A stretch of DNA of 63,844 nucleotides, counting the filler, from Collodictyon triciliatum (taxonomy: Eukaryota), in the NCBI GenBank assembly GCA_043381765.1. It is 4 parts of 4 records of this genome, joined end to end, with 100 filler letters (N's around TTAATTAATTAA, not from the genome) between each part and the next. Parts side by side here need not be neighbours in the genome. Positions count along the whole stretch, not along the records: positions 47,980 to 63,844 come from JBHJMP010001630.1; 3 more parts are not named here. One strand, 5' to 3'. The notes beneath the pieces were generated by a model. The model was not told the DNA's origin and did no database searches. It saw only the letters and a list, made by a program, of their open reading frames with translations. A program made the translations under genes and the position numbers. Positions 51,059 through 63,844 of this stretch are shown here, one piece after another. How positions within the stretch are numbered: the stretch's first letter is position 1; each line of letters starts with the position of its first letter.

Positions 51059-52600
51059 ATGGCCGACCCCTCCAAGTCAGCAGCTACCGAGCAAACGAAC
51101 GCAGACACCCCAGAATCCCAGCACCCAACCTTCATTGCGCCCTCAAAGACGCGAAGAGTGACAGTCCAGGAGGCGGCCATTGATCGCCCTTCAAAGGCCA
51201 TCACCCGCCCAGGGCCGCAAACACGCCACTCCGCGTGGGATATCCACCAAATGACTATGCCAGCTGCAAAATCTTGGTCAGAGTCCGCCCGTTCTGCTGT
51301 TGTCCTCTTACTAGATGCATATCAGTACGCTTTCCTCTTATCCATCTGCTCGACTGCAGCCCTTGTGTTGATTCTATTTCCGCCGTGGGTTTGTGCAAAT
51401 ACAAAGCCTTTCCTCGATGTATACATGGGTGTTTTTTATGCACTCGACATTCTTTTACTGTACGGCACAGTCTTTGGATACATTTCTCTAACTTTTGGTT
51501 GGGGCATTGTAAGGCACGTCGCGCTCAAGGTTGGTGTTCCTTGTGCATGTGTAAACACATCTCTTGTTATGGTCTGGTATTTCACAGGAATTCAAACACT
51601 CGCTGTAATCTACTATGGCTCTTTTGTAGTATTCCTCATATGCACGTACCGATTCGTGGCAAAGACACCTGCACCTTATTCTCCTTCCTTGCACCATTTG
51701 AAAGAGTATCTCATCACAAAAGATGGAACACCTGCCGCCTTGCTTTTGGGCTCTCTTATATTCACGGGGTTTTATGGTGCATTCAACCATCTGATATATC
51801 CCGTCTACGAGGCATCTTCGCTTGTTTCAAAGATACTTATCCGTTCTGTGGTGGTCCCGACGGTTTTTGGCTTTGTTTCATCTTGCCAATCAATATTCTT
51901 TTCTGGAAAGTCTCTTGACATGATGGAGAAACGCATGATGCAATCGTACGCCATCAATTTTGCTCACACGATAATAGGGAGGATGTTGAGTTCAGACGCA
52001 GGTAGCATGTTTGAGACGTTGATAGTTGTGGTGGTAAATGGCTTCATGGACATAATTAAAAGGTCGGTTTATGCGCTATACTTTGACGAGATACAAAAGT
52101 TTCGCCATGCCATATGGTCCAGATTTGCAAAAAAGTATCCCTCAAATCATAGTTTTTCAGATGTGGCGGAAAATGTAGAATCAGGAGTTCACCAAAACCA
52201 CCAACCTCGTCCAGAGTTTGAATATTTTTCTACAACTGATCTGCGGATATATTACGTTCATTTTAGAGCGCATCAGTATATCTACAATGTCATGTCTGAA
52301 TTCCAGGCCTTGACTGTCATTCCTATCATTTTGTTCATATGCACACCCTTCCGCCAACATCTCAGGTTTAATACCATTCCAAGTGTTTACCAAATGATGT
52401 TCTCTATCATGATTCAATATTTCGTCGAGGTTTTCGTAGACATTACGTCTACTACCATCCAAATCAAACATGTTGGGTTCGACCACACTACGCAGATTGT
52501 CAAATCTTTAAAATATACCATAGTTCGTGTATTCATTTTAGTCAGTGCAACTATGCATTGCGTAAACCTGTTTCTCAAGTATAACGCGGCAAATGATTGA
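51059..52600 (+). CDS. Intronless multipass membrane protein of unknown family (513 aa)
   Basis: Uninterrupted 1.5-kb ORF with a polar N-terminus and roughly ten hydrophobic segments. Confidence 0.75.
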   Translation: MADPSKSAATEQTNADTPESQHPTFIAPSKTRRVTVQEAAIDRPSKAITRPGPQTRHSAWDIHQMTMPAAKSWSESARSAVVLLLDAYQYAFLLSICSTAALVLILFPPWVCANTKPFLDVYMGVFYALDILLLYGTVFGYISLTFGWGIVRHVALKVGVPCACVNTSLVMVWYFTGIQTLAVIYYGSFVVFLICTYRFVAKTPAPYSPSLHHLKEYLITKDGTPAALLLGSLIFTGFYGAFNHLIYPVYEASSLVSKILIRSVVVPTVFGFVSSCQSIFFSGKSLDMMEKRMMQSYAINFAHTIIGRMLSSDAGSMFETLIVVVVNGFMDIIKRSVYALYFDEIQKFRHAIWSRFAKKYPSNHSFSDVAENVESGVHQNHQPRPEFEYFSTTDLRIYYVHFRAHQYIYNVMSEFQALTVIPIILFICTPFRQHLRFNTIPSVYQMMFSIMIQYFVEVFVDITSTTIQIKHVGFDHTTQIVKSLKYTIVRVFILVSATMHCVNLFLKYNAAND

Positions 52601-53517
52601 CTTCCTGGAGATGAATAAGCGACACCATTCGTAGCCTAATTATCTGTTTAATATATATATCCTCATTTCGAAACTTTTTTTTTATTTTTCTTCTCTTTTA
52701 ATGCTCCCATAGCAGTATCGAAACAGTATTTGCTCTGAGATATAATTCCTAGATACATAATGTTTATACCTAATATATTTGATAAATCAAGGCCGAAAGG
52801 AATGTTCCTTGAATTCAATAAAGGAAAACAATGGAAAGGAAAGCTAATGGCAGCATATCTATTTGTATGTGTTTGTGTTTGGAGCAATGGGCCCCTTATT
52901 CTTTCTTCTTGGCTTTCAAACTGGCATTACAATTATTCCAGCAATCCGACGCGTAGTTTTATAGCAGATGTTGTTGTACCGTTCGAGTCAAATATATTCC
53001 ATTCAAGTATGTGATTTTTAGAAACATTCATTTTCTATTAAAAGAAAGGAGTATACTAGGAGTAAAATATCTTTGTGCATACCCACTGGCAGTGATGCGT
53101 CCCTAATTGGTGCTCCATTCAATTGTAAAGCAACTTTGGTTTTTTTTTCTTTGAATCGAATAAAGGAAAAGCCGTTTACTTTTTCAATTTTTCCATTTCG
53201 CGACTTCTTTTGTTTCGATTTTGACATACTCTTTCTTGCTTGGGTGTTTCGATCCGTGTATACCATGTTAAGTAAGGGTGTTATCGAGACGGTTAAGAAT
53301 AAAAGGCTATCTCTTTGTCTATGTCCATCCCTTCTTTGTGATAAAATGACTATTTTATTTGTCATTAAACCATTTTAGAAACAAAAAATTACAAAAAAAA
53401 AAACCATCATGGAAGTCAAAGTGTCTTGAAGTTTTTTTTTATTACAACAGAATTAGGCATCACGCTGGTTGCATCATCTTTTCAGTGGGTAGTTTATTAA
53501 TTCCATAGATTGTTCAA

Positions 53518-53660
53518 AAACAAACAAACAAACAAACAAACAAACAAACAAACAAACAGACAGACAAACAGACAAACAAAAAAACAAACAAACAAACAAA
53601 CAAACAAACAAACAAACAAACAAACAAACAAACAAACAAACAAACAAACAAAAACAAAAC
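53518..53660. repeat. (CAAA)n microsatellite
   Basis: Tandem caaa with a few caga variants. Confidence 0.95.
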
Positions 53661-53772
53661 AAACACTATCGTCTTTATGTATTGTTCGCACTCTTATTGA
53701 GGAGGCCGAAATAGTCTAGAATCTGGGTTCTCCATACCCCAAGCGTATGACCTAAGCAGCATCCTATACTGC

Positions 53773-56700
53773 TCAATTTCGCTTTCTTTTACCGACAGCG
53801 TCTTCCTCGTCTCCGTAAGCTCATTCTAAGTAGATGTATTTCTTGTTATAGAATGATTATACTCACTATATATATTGGAATTTAACAATGCTAATGTCTT
53901 TAAAATTCCGATATTAAAGCAACTAAAGTGGGCTGCTTACTTGAAGGATTTGCAATTGATGCATTATACCACTGGTCAGACTAGTTATATATATATATAT
54001 ATATTTACATGAGAAATGCGGAGTCCTCTTTGTAATTGTGCGTTTAAAACATAAATATTTAAATATTCCTTCATTTCCAGCAGAATTGTTACAGGATTCA
54101 AACATGAATGATTATGTTTGAAATATTATAAGCGTAGATCAAAATAGAATAGTTTTCAACCTAGTTGATGATTCAATTCCAGCTTTATCTGTGCACAAGA
54201 ATTGCCTCTGGGTATTTTGTACTTCATGTTCCGCCGTATTTTCATAACCTCGGTATAATGAACCTGACAGCAGGGAATCCACACGGTCCATGAATCTTGA
54301 GTTTCAAGTGGTTAATTTTTTATATAACTTTCCAATGAATAAATATTTTCGCATTAAAAAAATGCAGATAACAAGCGAGTTCTTGAAAAATGAAATGGTA
54401 TCACATTTATGAGAAGAAAATGAATTATAGCAATAATGAAAAATAAATTAAAAAAAAAAAAGAAGATGCACATACGCATGATCCAATCGTTCGTCGCAAT
54501 TATTCGTTGGTGATGTTTGCAGGGCAGCTTCACAGTTTGGGAATATTGCCATTGGTGATATTCCTGGTCTTATGATAATATTCTGCGAAACATGTTTCGA
54601 AGAATCCAACGCGGCGGGTGAAGGCATCATTTCACAAATGTGTTCTGGTCGCTGCATTTTATCGGCTGTAATGCTTGAACCAGTCGTTTGGGTGTTTTGT
54701 AGTGTTTGATAAACAATATCCTCGTTCTCTATATGCCAAGTAGTCATTTAGACACGAAACAATCAATATGGTACACGAAGGGGGGTTCTTTGTAAATAAA
54801 ATGCAAGTTATTTGACAAAGTAAAATATTCATGCGATTCCCTTTTTTTATATTTTTTTAAAAAAAATAGAAAAAAAAAGAAAAAGAAAAAGAAAAAGAAA
54901 AAGAAAAAGAAAAAGAAAAAGAAAAAGAAAAAAGAAAAAGAAAAAGAAAAAAGAAAAAGAAAAAGAAAAAGAAAAAGAAAAAAGAAAAACGTCTCTTTAG
55001 GTTTGGATACAAATTTTCTCTCCAATTTTCTAAAAATAAACAAATAAAAAATAAACAAATAAATAAACAATAATAACAATTCATTTCACCTGTTGGGTCA
55101 CAGGTCGAAGAATGATTTCTCATAACTGAATGACCAGGTAATTCATGAACCTCGCTAGGTCTCATGTCAACATAATCTACAGCTCCATGGTTCATAGATT
55201 CTAAAGAATCCATGTGGATTCCTGATGGAATTGCGTGTTGTGTCTGCTCATAAGAACTTATAGAAAAAGCAGGTGTATTTGGCGCAAAAACTGAATTATT
55301 TCTGACCATTAAAGGAGACCTTTGCTGGAAGTGCTGGTGAGTATTAGAATTATGAGCACCCAACATCGAACAAGTGAACGACGATGAAGGGATGACTGGG
55401 GCATGAACATCATTGGCTTTTGAGGGTGATAGTGGTAATGATACTGAGTGATTAAATGACCCAGGTATTTGTGCTTCCAGGGAAATTATGTCATTCCTAA
55501 AATTGAGCACGTCAACATCATCTGGGTCGAATGTGCGCTCTTGGCAAACTTGAGGTTGATACGCTGTACCGCACTCATATTCAGAATTACCAAATTCTCG
55601 ATAGCATCCCATTTTATGTGGGCTATACACAATGTTTTTTTGAGGGATATGAACCCCTGTTTTCGGTTTACTAATCGGAGCAAATTGATGATGAAACACA
55701 TATTGACCCGCCTTTACTTTGTTTGGTTTCCATCTTCTTTGTATCGATATGTCAGGACCAGAATTTACCAGAAATCTCTGCGTAGATGCGAGGGTATCAT
55801 TAGGTTCTGATCCAAAACCTTCCAGATCATCACGGATATGAGGAGGCACGTCAACATCGGAGCAGAACGTCTCTTTTTCATTAACCGCTGGTCGATTCTC
55901 ACCCTCGTGGCACTCGTGATCAAATTCTCTTCAAATCAAAGAAAATGAGAAATGTAAAATGGATATAATTATGAAAATTTGTTAAGCATAAATCATTACT
56001 TGTCGACGGTTTTCATAAAATAAAAAGATCACATAAGATATATCGTGAAGAAATGATCATGTCAATAAACACCATCAATCCTGGAAAAAAAAAACTTACG
56101 CCTCGTTCGGATGTGCAAAACTATGAATTTCGGCAGAGCTACCTAGTGAACAAAAAAGTATATGAGTTCTATCATTAAAGGAATTTTTTTTATACAGAAA
56201 AACTATAGAGGAAAAGATACATTTGCATTTGAAATAGTAACTATTAATGACACACTTTTATTTCATTTCATGACGGTTGACAGAATCGGACTTTATCTGA
56301 ATAAACAATTTACTTGCAGGAATATGACTTGAATTTATGCCCAACAGACCAGCACAAACGATATTCGCCACAGTTCCATGAATAGATCTTTGAATACATA
56401 TTAGATAAAAACAGATACAGGGATCATTACGCTCAGAATAATTGATTAATGTGAAAAATATGATAGTATGATATGTTGAAAAAAAAAAGCTTACAGGAAA
56501 GAAAGGGGAAAGTAAATACCTGAACTCTGGCCGGTCCCAAACCGATTTTTTATATAACCGTCCAATTATAATTGTCATTGATAAGAAATTTCTCTTATTT
56601 TGCAATACTGACATGGGTTTTTCTATAAAAAGAAACTTATGTTCAAAGCGGCAAACACTTTTTATCTATGTATGTTGAATAACCACAAAATAAATACCTT

Positions 56701-58129
56701 CAGCACCGAAGCCACGCTTCCTATTATATAAAATTGTAGATGGCTTACTTTTTATGTTAATTTCATGAATTAAATAAGAGGGATCAAATCTGGGCTCTTT
56801 AGATTGAGCATCAAATACGTAAGGTAGCAAAACTCCATCCAATATAACGGAGCCTTTTTCCTGAGATGGATAGATTCCAAACCATCTGTATTGACACAAA
56901 AAGTCTTGAAACAATAACCGATTGGACTGAGCAGCACGTCGAACATCCTTATCACTTTCTATTCATACATATGATTACATTTTATCAGCTTGCTATTCAG
57001 GAACAAGTGCACATCGACATCATAGGCAAAAATAAAAACAAAAACAAAAACAAAAATAAAAATAAAAATAAAAACAAAAACAAAAACAAAAACAAAAACA
57101 AAAACAAAAACAAAAACAAAAAATAGACTTCACTATATTTATAGGTTGCCTGATCATTATAGTTGAAAAATATATGAAGATACAAAAGAGACATGTTTTG
57201 ACCTTTCCCGTATTTTGGGAACCGTCGGTCCCTAAAGGCAGCGTAAATTAGGCCATTGATCGTGAAATAACACTCATTCCTCCTTTTGGATTCGTCATAG
57301 ATCATCATGTACATATCCTTTTCATAAAATATCGATGAGATGGAATATGTGAATTGCAGTAGTGATTTAGAAAAACAACCAAAAGACCGAATATTTTCCC
57401 CTTTATTCGATTCAAAGAAAAGACCGAATAACATGTATATTAATTTGTTTCATTTTTTTAATACTTTTGGAAAATTAGACGTGAATGAGTGAGTTGGTTT
57501 CATCCCACACCCAAAGTGAGCCATCGTATCAGATGCAGATATCAACCTATTGGGTGAACCATATGATTGCTAATACAGATAAAGACACCCAGGGGTCTCT
57601 CAGATAGGATATTGTCTTGTTTCGAAATATACAACTATTTTCCATTAAGAATAGAATGAACTATTGAACGTATAAAATAAACCCAAATGCCATTCGAATA
57701 AAGGGGGAAACCCAAATGTCATAGAATTGAATATGGTTAATATAATTTGTGTTTGTTTTTTGTTTTTTTTAAAAAAAAAAAGTCTTCATGAAGCACGAAT
57801 AATATGAGATCAAATATAAAATAAATGAGTTCAAATATAGTTGCATCAACTATAATCATTTCACAATATATTCATGATGTACTAATATTATAGAAAGGCA
57901 CCCAATAAAAAAATGAATTTTTAGCACTAATATTGAATAAATGAAATAAAAGGTCGCTCGGAGTAAGAAGAAAGAAAAAATAGGAGAAAAATATAGATAA
58001 GCGATTCAACGCAAACCATTCGCCTGAGCTGAGTTTCTTCATACGCATGGGGTGGTTCCCATAAAGCGCTTCGAAATGATCGACTGTTTCGACCAAGCTT
58101 TTAGTTCCACCAGATCCTTCCGAGGTCAT
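53773..58129 (-). CDS. Unknown multi-exon gene; ends approximate
   Basis: Colinear minus-strand open segments with GT/AG borders at about 58129-58022, 57330-57203, 56990-56697, 56610-56520, 55930-55090 and 54740-54480. The N-terminal half looks globular and the C-terminal half is S/P/H-rich. Confidence 0.5.
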
Positions 58130-58778
58130 TTTGACTATAGCACGCTGGACCTCCCGTTGGGCTATAGCAAAGTTCTAGAACAACACCCAAGCAGGACAGT
58201 CCCCACCTGCCACGAACACAAAAAAAGGGTGGCGGGGTTCAATCCCTAAGGGCAAACGACCTGTTATCTGCTTGGGTACCTAGAAAAAAACAAATGTTCC
58301 ATGAGGAAAGGCTGTAGCAGAGCTGAAAAATAAATGAAATAAAATAAGGGTAAGCGCAGCAGCTTTTTCTTTTTGTTTCTGCAGACTATTTTGGTGAGGT
58401 GTCCTCTGTCTCTGCTATGATTTTTTTCTCTCTTTCAAGACCATCTAAAGCAAAAGGAAAGAAAGAAAGAAGAAGAAAAAAAAAAAAGATGGCGAGGCTT
58501 GGGGTATGCATACATTCCGTAGCGTCATTCAAAGAGCAAACACTAATTAAAATCTGGTTACCACACCAACCATCCAAGGCAAGTAGAAAAAAATCATGAG
58601 TCATGGAGCTGCATTAAAAGAAATGATTTGTCGTTGTATTTCGATTTTTGTTTATTGTTGTTATCTCTCGTTCGAAAAGAGAAATAGTGGCGCGGTTAGC
58701 ATTTTCATGATTATCAATTCAGCTTTGAATCAGCCGATTTATGTGGGCTTTGTTCTGAACTTCATTTGCTGCTGTGTT

Positions 58779-61700
58779 TCACCAGTCATTGAGGACAGTT
58801 TGCGGATGCTTGATAAGGGGCTCGACGAAGAACATCTCAATATTATACTCTCCATACGTGAGGCGTTCATCCCGAGATGTAAAACTGTAGTCTCCATCTT
58901 TGAGTCGGCTGCGACAATCCTTTGAAATATTTAAATGCCCAGGTTTTCCATTGGATTCCATTTTGGAGGCGATGTTCACACTCTTCCCCCACACATCAAA
59001 AACCTATGTAGACAAGCGATTTGTTTGAGTGTCGATCAGATACAAAGATGTCATCGAATAACTTGAACTTAATCACTACAATCAGAAGCATATTCATACC
59101 ATCTTACTCAGGCCGACCATTCCGCCCACAACTGGCCCACAATGAACGCCAAGTCGGAGGTTAACACGCATACCTTCGATTTCCGGCAGAGAGTTTATCA
59201 CCTCTATCATCTCAAGACCCATATCTACCATATTCTATTGCGATTTTCGGTTGAGTAAAATAGCTTGACATTCTATGACACTCATTAAAAGCAGGTTCTT
59301 TTTAAACTTCTTTGAGGTAGATTTTATAACCCACTTGTACATGTTCAGGATTTGGGTATGGGATTCCACCAACAACCATGTAAGCATCACCTAAAATAAG
59401 GGAGGGAAGGAGAAAAAAAGGAAATTGAAAAAACCGCAAAAGTAGGAATCAGACTTAAAAATATGGATTGATATTGATATTATTTCTTGTACCGATAGTT
59501 TTAATCTTCTCTAGACCCTTCTGGGCTGCTATGTTGTCGAACTAAATCACCAATTACAGTAAATAGATATAAACCATTTAAATGCGAGGTTATTGGGAAT
59601 GGGGCAAATTTTTTTATTACCTTGGTAAAGAGCTCGTTTAACATCTCCACAATTTTATTGGCCGATAGTTTAGAGGACAAAACGGTGAAACTTATATAAA
59701 AAAATATCATGATTCTTGCTATCCAAAGAAACGGGATGGTTTTTACACACAATATAGTGTTCATTGAAAAATTCGTATACCCGACAATATCTGCGAAAAG
59801 AATACTGGCATCATCAAAAGCTTCGATAAGCTTGCCATTATTTTCTCTCATCTTCGAGACGATGGACTCTGGAAGGATGTTGTCTAGAAATAATCAGAGT
59901 TTAATTGCATGTCTGCGATACGAATTCAAAAAGGAATTTTACACAGCAGCCTTTCTGATTCTTCTCTTTGTTTCATCACACGAATCCTTTCATCCTTTGC
60001 AAAATGAGAGAGGAGAAATTCTTTCCTGTACAGATTTATTATTATTTGATTGTTGGATATTTAATTATGACTACATACCGTTTTTCAAAGAATATTTGAA
60101 AATTTTTACACAGAATGTGAAAGTACCTTACAGTCCCCTCGATTTGAAATGCAGTCACGAGTGCAAATAATAACAGACTAGAATAGAACAGACAAGAAAA
60201 TATGTCGAAAGAGTATTTTGGCTTTATAGAAAGCTGTAAAATCTAGAATAGGACATTTCTTGTAGTTAGCAAAAATAAAACAAAAAAAAAGAACACATTG
60301 TTTAAGTAACATGAATCTAATTATATGCGAGTATTTCTTACCAAAAAAGCAAGGCAAATGGGTTGGATGACCATGAGGGAGTGCCGGTAAGATAGCTGGG
60401 AGGTCATACATGAGAATACTTGGATGGTCACTAGCGCCTGGAAGATAAATCGTGTTCCGATTGGGTCCGTCATTCTTAGGATAATTTTTTTCCAGGATTT
60501 ATTACTACTGCTTTTAAGACTAGAGATAGTTGGCTATTGCCTTTTATATATTCAACCTGTACTCAACAGTTAAGACTTTTAGAATAAAAAAAGTATAAAC
60601 CTGTAATAGCCAAAGAGCACGATGTAGCACATATGTATGACGCCGATGTTTGCTGTCATCAGATGATTGGCCAGTTCTGGCCTCCATTTATTAAGCAAAA
60701 TTGTTGCCATCTAGGGTGTGTAAATTGTAAATATCGAATGAAAAAAATTTGGTGTCTAGATTCCATACCTGAATTAAAATGCATGCGCTAACACCGATGT
60801 AATAAGATTCCATGAGCTTTATCTCGAATTGAACTTGATGTATTCCGACCAAGAGTTCCAAAAAAACCAAGAGGCATACAATCCGGGAGAAATTTTCGTG
60901 TAGCTGCTCCAAAATCATTCGATTGAACTGTAGCTCAAGGTCTGCATTCAGAAACTTTAGAAGACCATACTTCATGGATATTATGGTGGATATGGTCTTC
61001 TCTAGTTCCAAAGCCTTCTTCGTGACAGCTTCTTTTGTTTTTTTACTCTTTCTTTTTAATTTAGAATCATTTTGTATTTTTTCGTCGTGAAGTGAAGATA
61101 CTTCCTCAGTTACTTCATCACTTGCCGAATGCTTTCCAGGCCCTTGGTCCTCATCCTGAGACTGCATCATTTCAAACTTTGTAGTGGTGTTGTATCCTCC
61201 GTTACTGTTTGTCCTGTTTTGATAAAGAGTGTAACTATGCAATTTACAATATCAAAATTAAATTTCAGAAGAAAATGAGCATAGTAGTTTATTAATTCAT
61301 TTCGCATATGCACAAATAAAAGTTTTCTCAATTTTACCGTTTCTCGAGAAAATACGTCTGCATGTCACCCTTTCCCTTTACGTAAATTACTGGTCTTTTT
61401 TCAAAATCAAACGAATTGCAAAGCAGATTGTATACTTGTTCTGTTACATGAATCTGACCGGGCGTACCATGTGATTGCATCCTACTTGCTATCATATGTC
61501 TGGATTAGCAAAATCATTAAAATATCCGATTAAATTTAAATAAACCAATATTTGTAAAATTCATGCCGGTTTTTTTATTACAAAGCCATTCTGAAGGCTG
61601 CATACAAAAAAATGACGCTTTTATCAATATACCGGAAAGGTTTCAATTAATACCTAGGTTTACAGAGTCACCCCAAAGGTCATACAGAAACTTTGATTTT

Positions 61701-63573
61701 CCTATTGATTGGAATAAATGAATAAGAAACCTCTCACTTTTTTTTGAGGATAAAATAAGGAAGAAACACCCCAGACATTACCTATGACTCCTGCCACAAT
61801 TGGTCCGGTGTGAATGCCGATTGCTACCTGTAGTTTTCTTCGCTTCATAGTTGACATAGATGCTAACTGTGTTTATGAAATTATTACCTAAAGCTTAAAT
61901 GATGTGGAACCATCGCATACATAATGATGAAACGTATTTTACTCAATCATCTGCAACACTACTAAAAATTAAAATTACCGCACGAAGCATTTCCATAGCA
62001 AAATCTGCCATTATCTCACTACTCTTTTCTGCAGCCATCTCATCAGGAAGTCCACACGCAGCTAAGTATCCTATTCATTTTTGAAAAGAATTCGATAAAA
62101 GCGAACATAAATTTCTTTGGGAGGAATCCCAAGACAACTATTCTAATAATTCATAATATGTATTTGCATACCGTCGCCGATGGTTTTTATCTTTTCTACT
62201 TTGAATGATGATGCAATTCTGTCAAAAGTGGATACAATTTCGTTCAATAAAGATATTGCATCGCTTGGACTCATAGAGTTGGATATTTGAGTCCAGTCAA
62301 CTAGATCGGCAAACAAGACCGTAACGTGTGTGTATCCGTCCGATATCGTCTTCAATTGTTTAATTTTTGAGATAAGGTTTATTTAGAATGGTGATTTTAT
62401 TACTTAATTTTTATTTATTTTTTTATAAAAAAATAGAGTAAATTACTGCTTCTCCGTCGATGAGCCTTCGAGCAATCTTTCGGGGTAAAATATTCAGCAG
62501 TAATTTTTCCTGAGCGAAATATAATATTTAGTTATTAATTGTAGACATCTTAGGGCCTTTTTTTTATTTTTATTATTATTATTTCATATGGGCCTTTCAA
62601 TTATGTGTGCCAAAAGTACAGTTATCATCTTTTCCTTGGCTACTTCTTCAGTGTGCATTAGAATTTCAGCGCGTTGTCCCTGTAATTTGGACGATTATTA
62701 AATTCGGATTTGATTAAGTCACATTCATTACCTTATCCATTTATGACATTTTTATGACAATTTACTGAATGTGTCTTCATATGCATATATCTCACATCTT
62801 GAACTCTCTGGCGCTTTTCTGAGGCATAGCATACTGGAAGAAGCAGAGCAGATATCCCAAGGTAGTAAATGTTGTTCTCGATGTAATCTCCTGGTGTCAT
62901 ATCATATGTTAGTGCCATCCCCACGTTGTATATCACTTGGAGAGCACAACCGTTGAAAATTGCCATCTAAAGCGATGTGGTAGATAGTGGGATTATTTTT
63001 TTTTTAAAAAAAAAGGCTTTAGAGAACCATAATTGAAAACATTTTTAGATGAAATTACTCAAACACAGTTTAATTAAAAATTTTGATTTAGATTAGGATT
63101 GTCTTACACGAAGAGGAAATCTCAGGGTTGTGTAGGTCGCGTACAACCCATAAATGAATAAAATGAACACACCACGAGCGTCTGGAACCCAGATAAGACC
63201 ATTATCAGGCAATGTGACAACGTAATAATATCCAACTAGGAGAGTACCAGATATCTCTGTCCAAAGGACAAACATAACAAAAAACAAGTGGATGTCCCGA
63301 AACCTCCTACAATCACAAATTCATTAATTTTGAAGCATAAATCAGATGACTTAAGTGGAATAAAACTAACCTGTGGAAGGTAATAACGAAGCTAACAGTG
63401 GTTAATCCGGCCAAACTAAAGTGAACAGCGAAAAGGTCCCACGCTGTAAATTGAAATATTTCCATGGCAAATAATCCTAGGTGGATCGTTGATACTACAA
63501 TACATATAATGCGGATAATAATGACAGGCCCATAAAAGTATTTTTCCACGAAATCCTGCTCTGCATCAGAGTC
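58779..63573 (-). CDS. Transmembrane class III adenylyl cyclase with TM-C1-TM-C2 architecture, 5'-truncated
   Basis: C1: VLFADLVDW, VEKIKTIGDGY, IGIHTGPIVAGVIG, YDLWGDSVNLASRMQS, VKGKGDMQTYF. C2: ILFADIVGF, LEKIKTIGDAY, LGVHCGPVVGGMVG, FDVWGKSVNIASKMES. Hydrophobic exons precede each domain. Confidence 0.92.
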
Positions 63574-63647
63574 CTGTGATTAACATATTACATTTAGAGT
63601 GTAATTTGATTATCATACAAAAAATAGGGGAAATAAAAAGTGCGAGA

Positions 63648-63844
63648 GAAACAGAAACAGAAACAGAAACAGAAACAGAAACAGAAACAGAAACAGAAAC
63701 AGAAACAGAAACAGAAAGAGAAACAGAAAAAGAGAAAAAGAGAAAATAGAGAAAATAGAGAAAATAGAGAAAATAGAGAAAATAGAGAAAATAGAGAAAA
63801 TAGAGAAAATAGAGAAAATAGAGAAAATAGAGAAAATAGAGAAA
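63648..63844. repeat. (GAAACA)n then (AGAAAATAG)n simple repeats at the scaffold end
   Basis: Direct tandem arrays in the presumed intron upstream of the first visible cyclase exon. Confidence 0.92.

Overview
Eukaryotic (protist-like), intron-rich draft assembly read in the standard genetic code. The window is not one locus. It is four scaffolds of about 15.9 kb (1-15900, 16001-31898, 31999-47879, 47980-63844) joined by artificial 100-nt N spacers that carry TTAATTAATTAA, so adjacency across the spacers means nothing. Splicing by eye gives these genes. Scaffold 1: PDS5 and a kinase-less LRR-Roc-COR-PH Roco protein. Scaffold 2: a PAPS/APS reductase with a signal-peptide-like leader, an SRPBCC protein, a pseudo-receiver/coiled-coil protein, an unknown multi-exon gene, an ERGIC-53/VIP36-type lectin and a LINE zf-RVT remnant. 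Scaffold 3: APRT, ATG6/Beclin, MOK/LF4 kinase, RSL1D1 and a 5'-truncated M24 peptidase. Scaffold 4: a DUF2505-like START-fold protein, an intronless multipass membrane protein, unknown genes and a 5'-truncated two-domain transmembrane adenylyl cyclase. No rRNA, tRNA or CRISPR array was recognised, and I found no convincing multi-gene novel system. The best leads are single genes: the Roco architecture, the leader on the PAPS reductase, the cyclase with two apparently intact catalytic halves, and the pseudo-receiver. All family calls come from motif recognition, not database searches.
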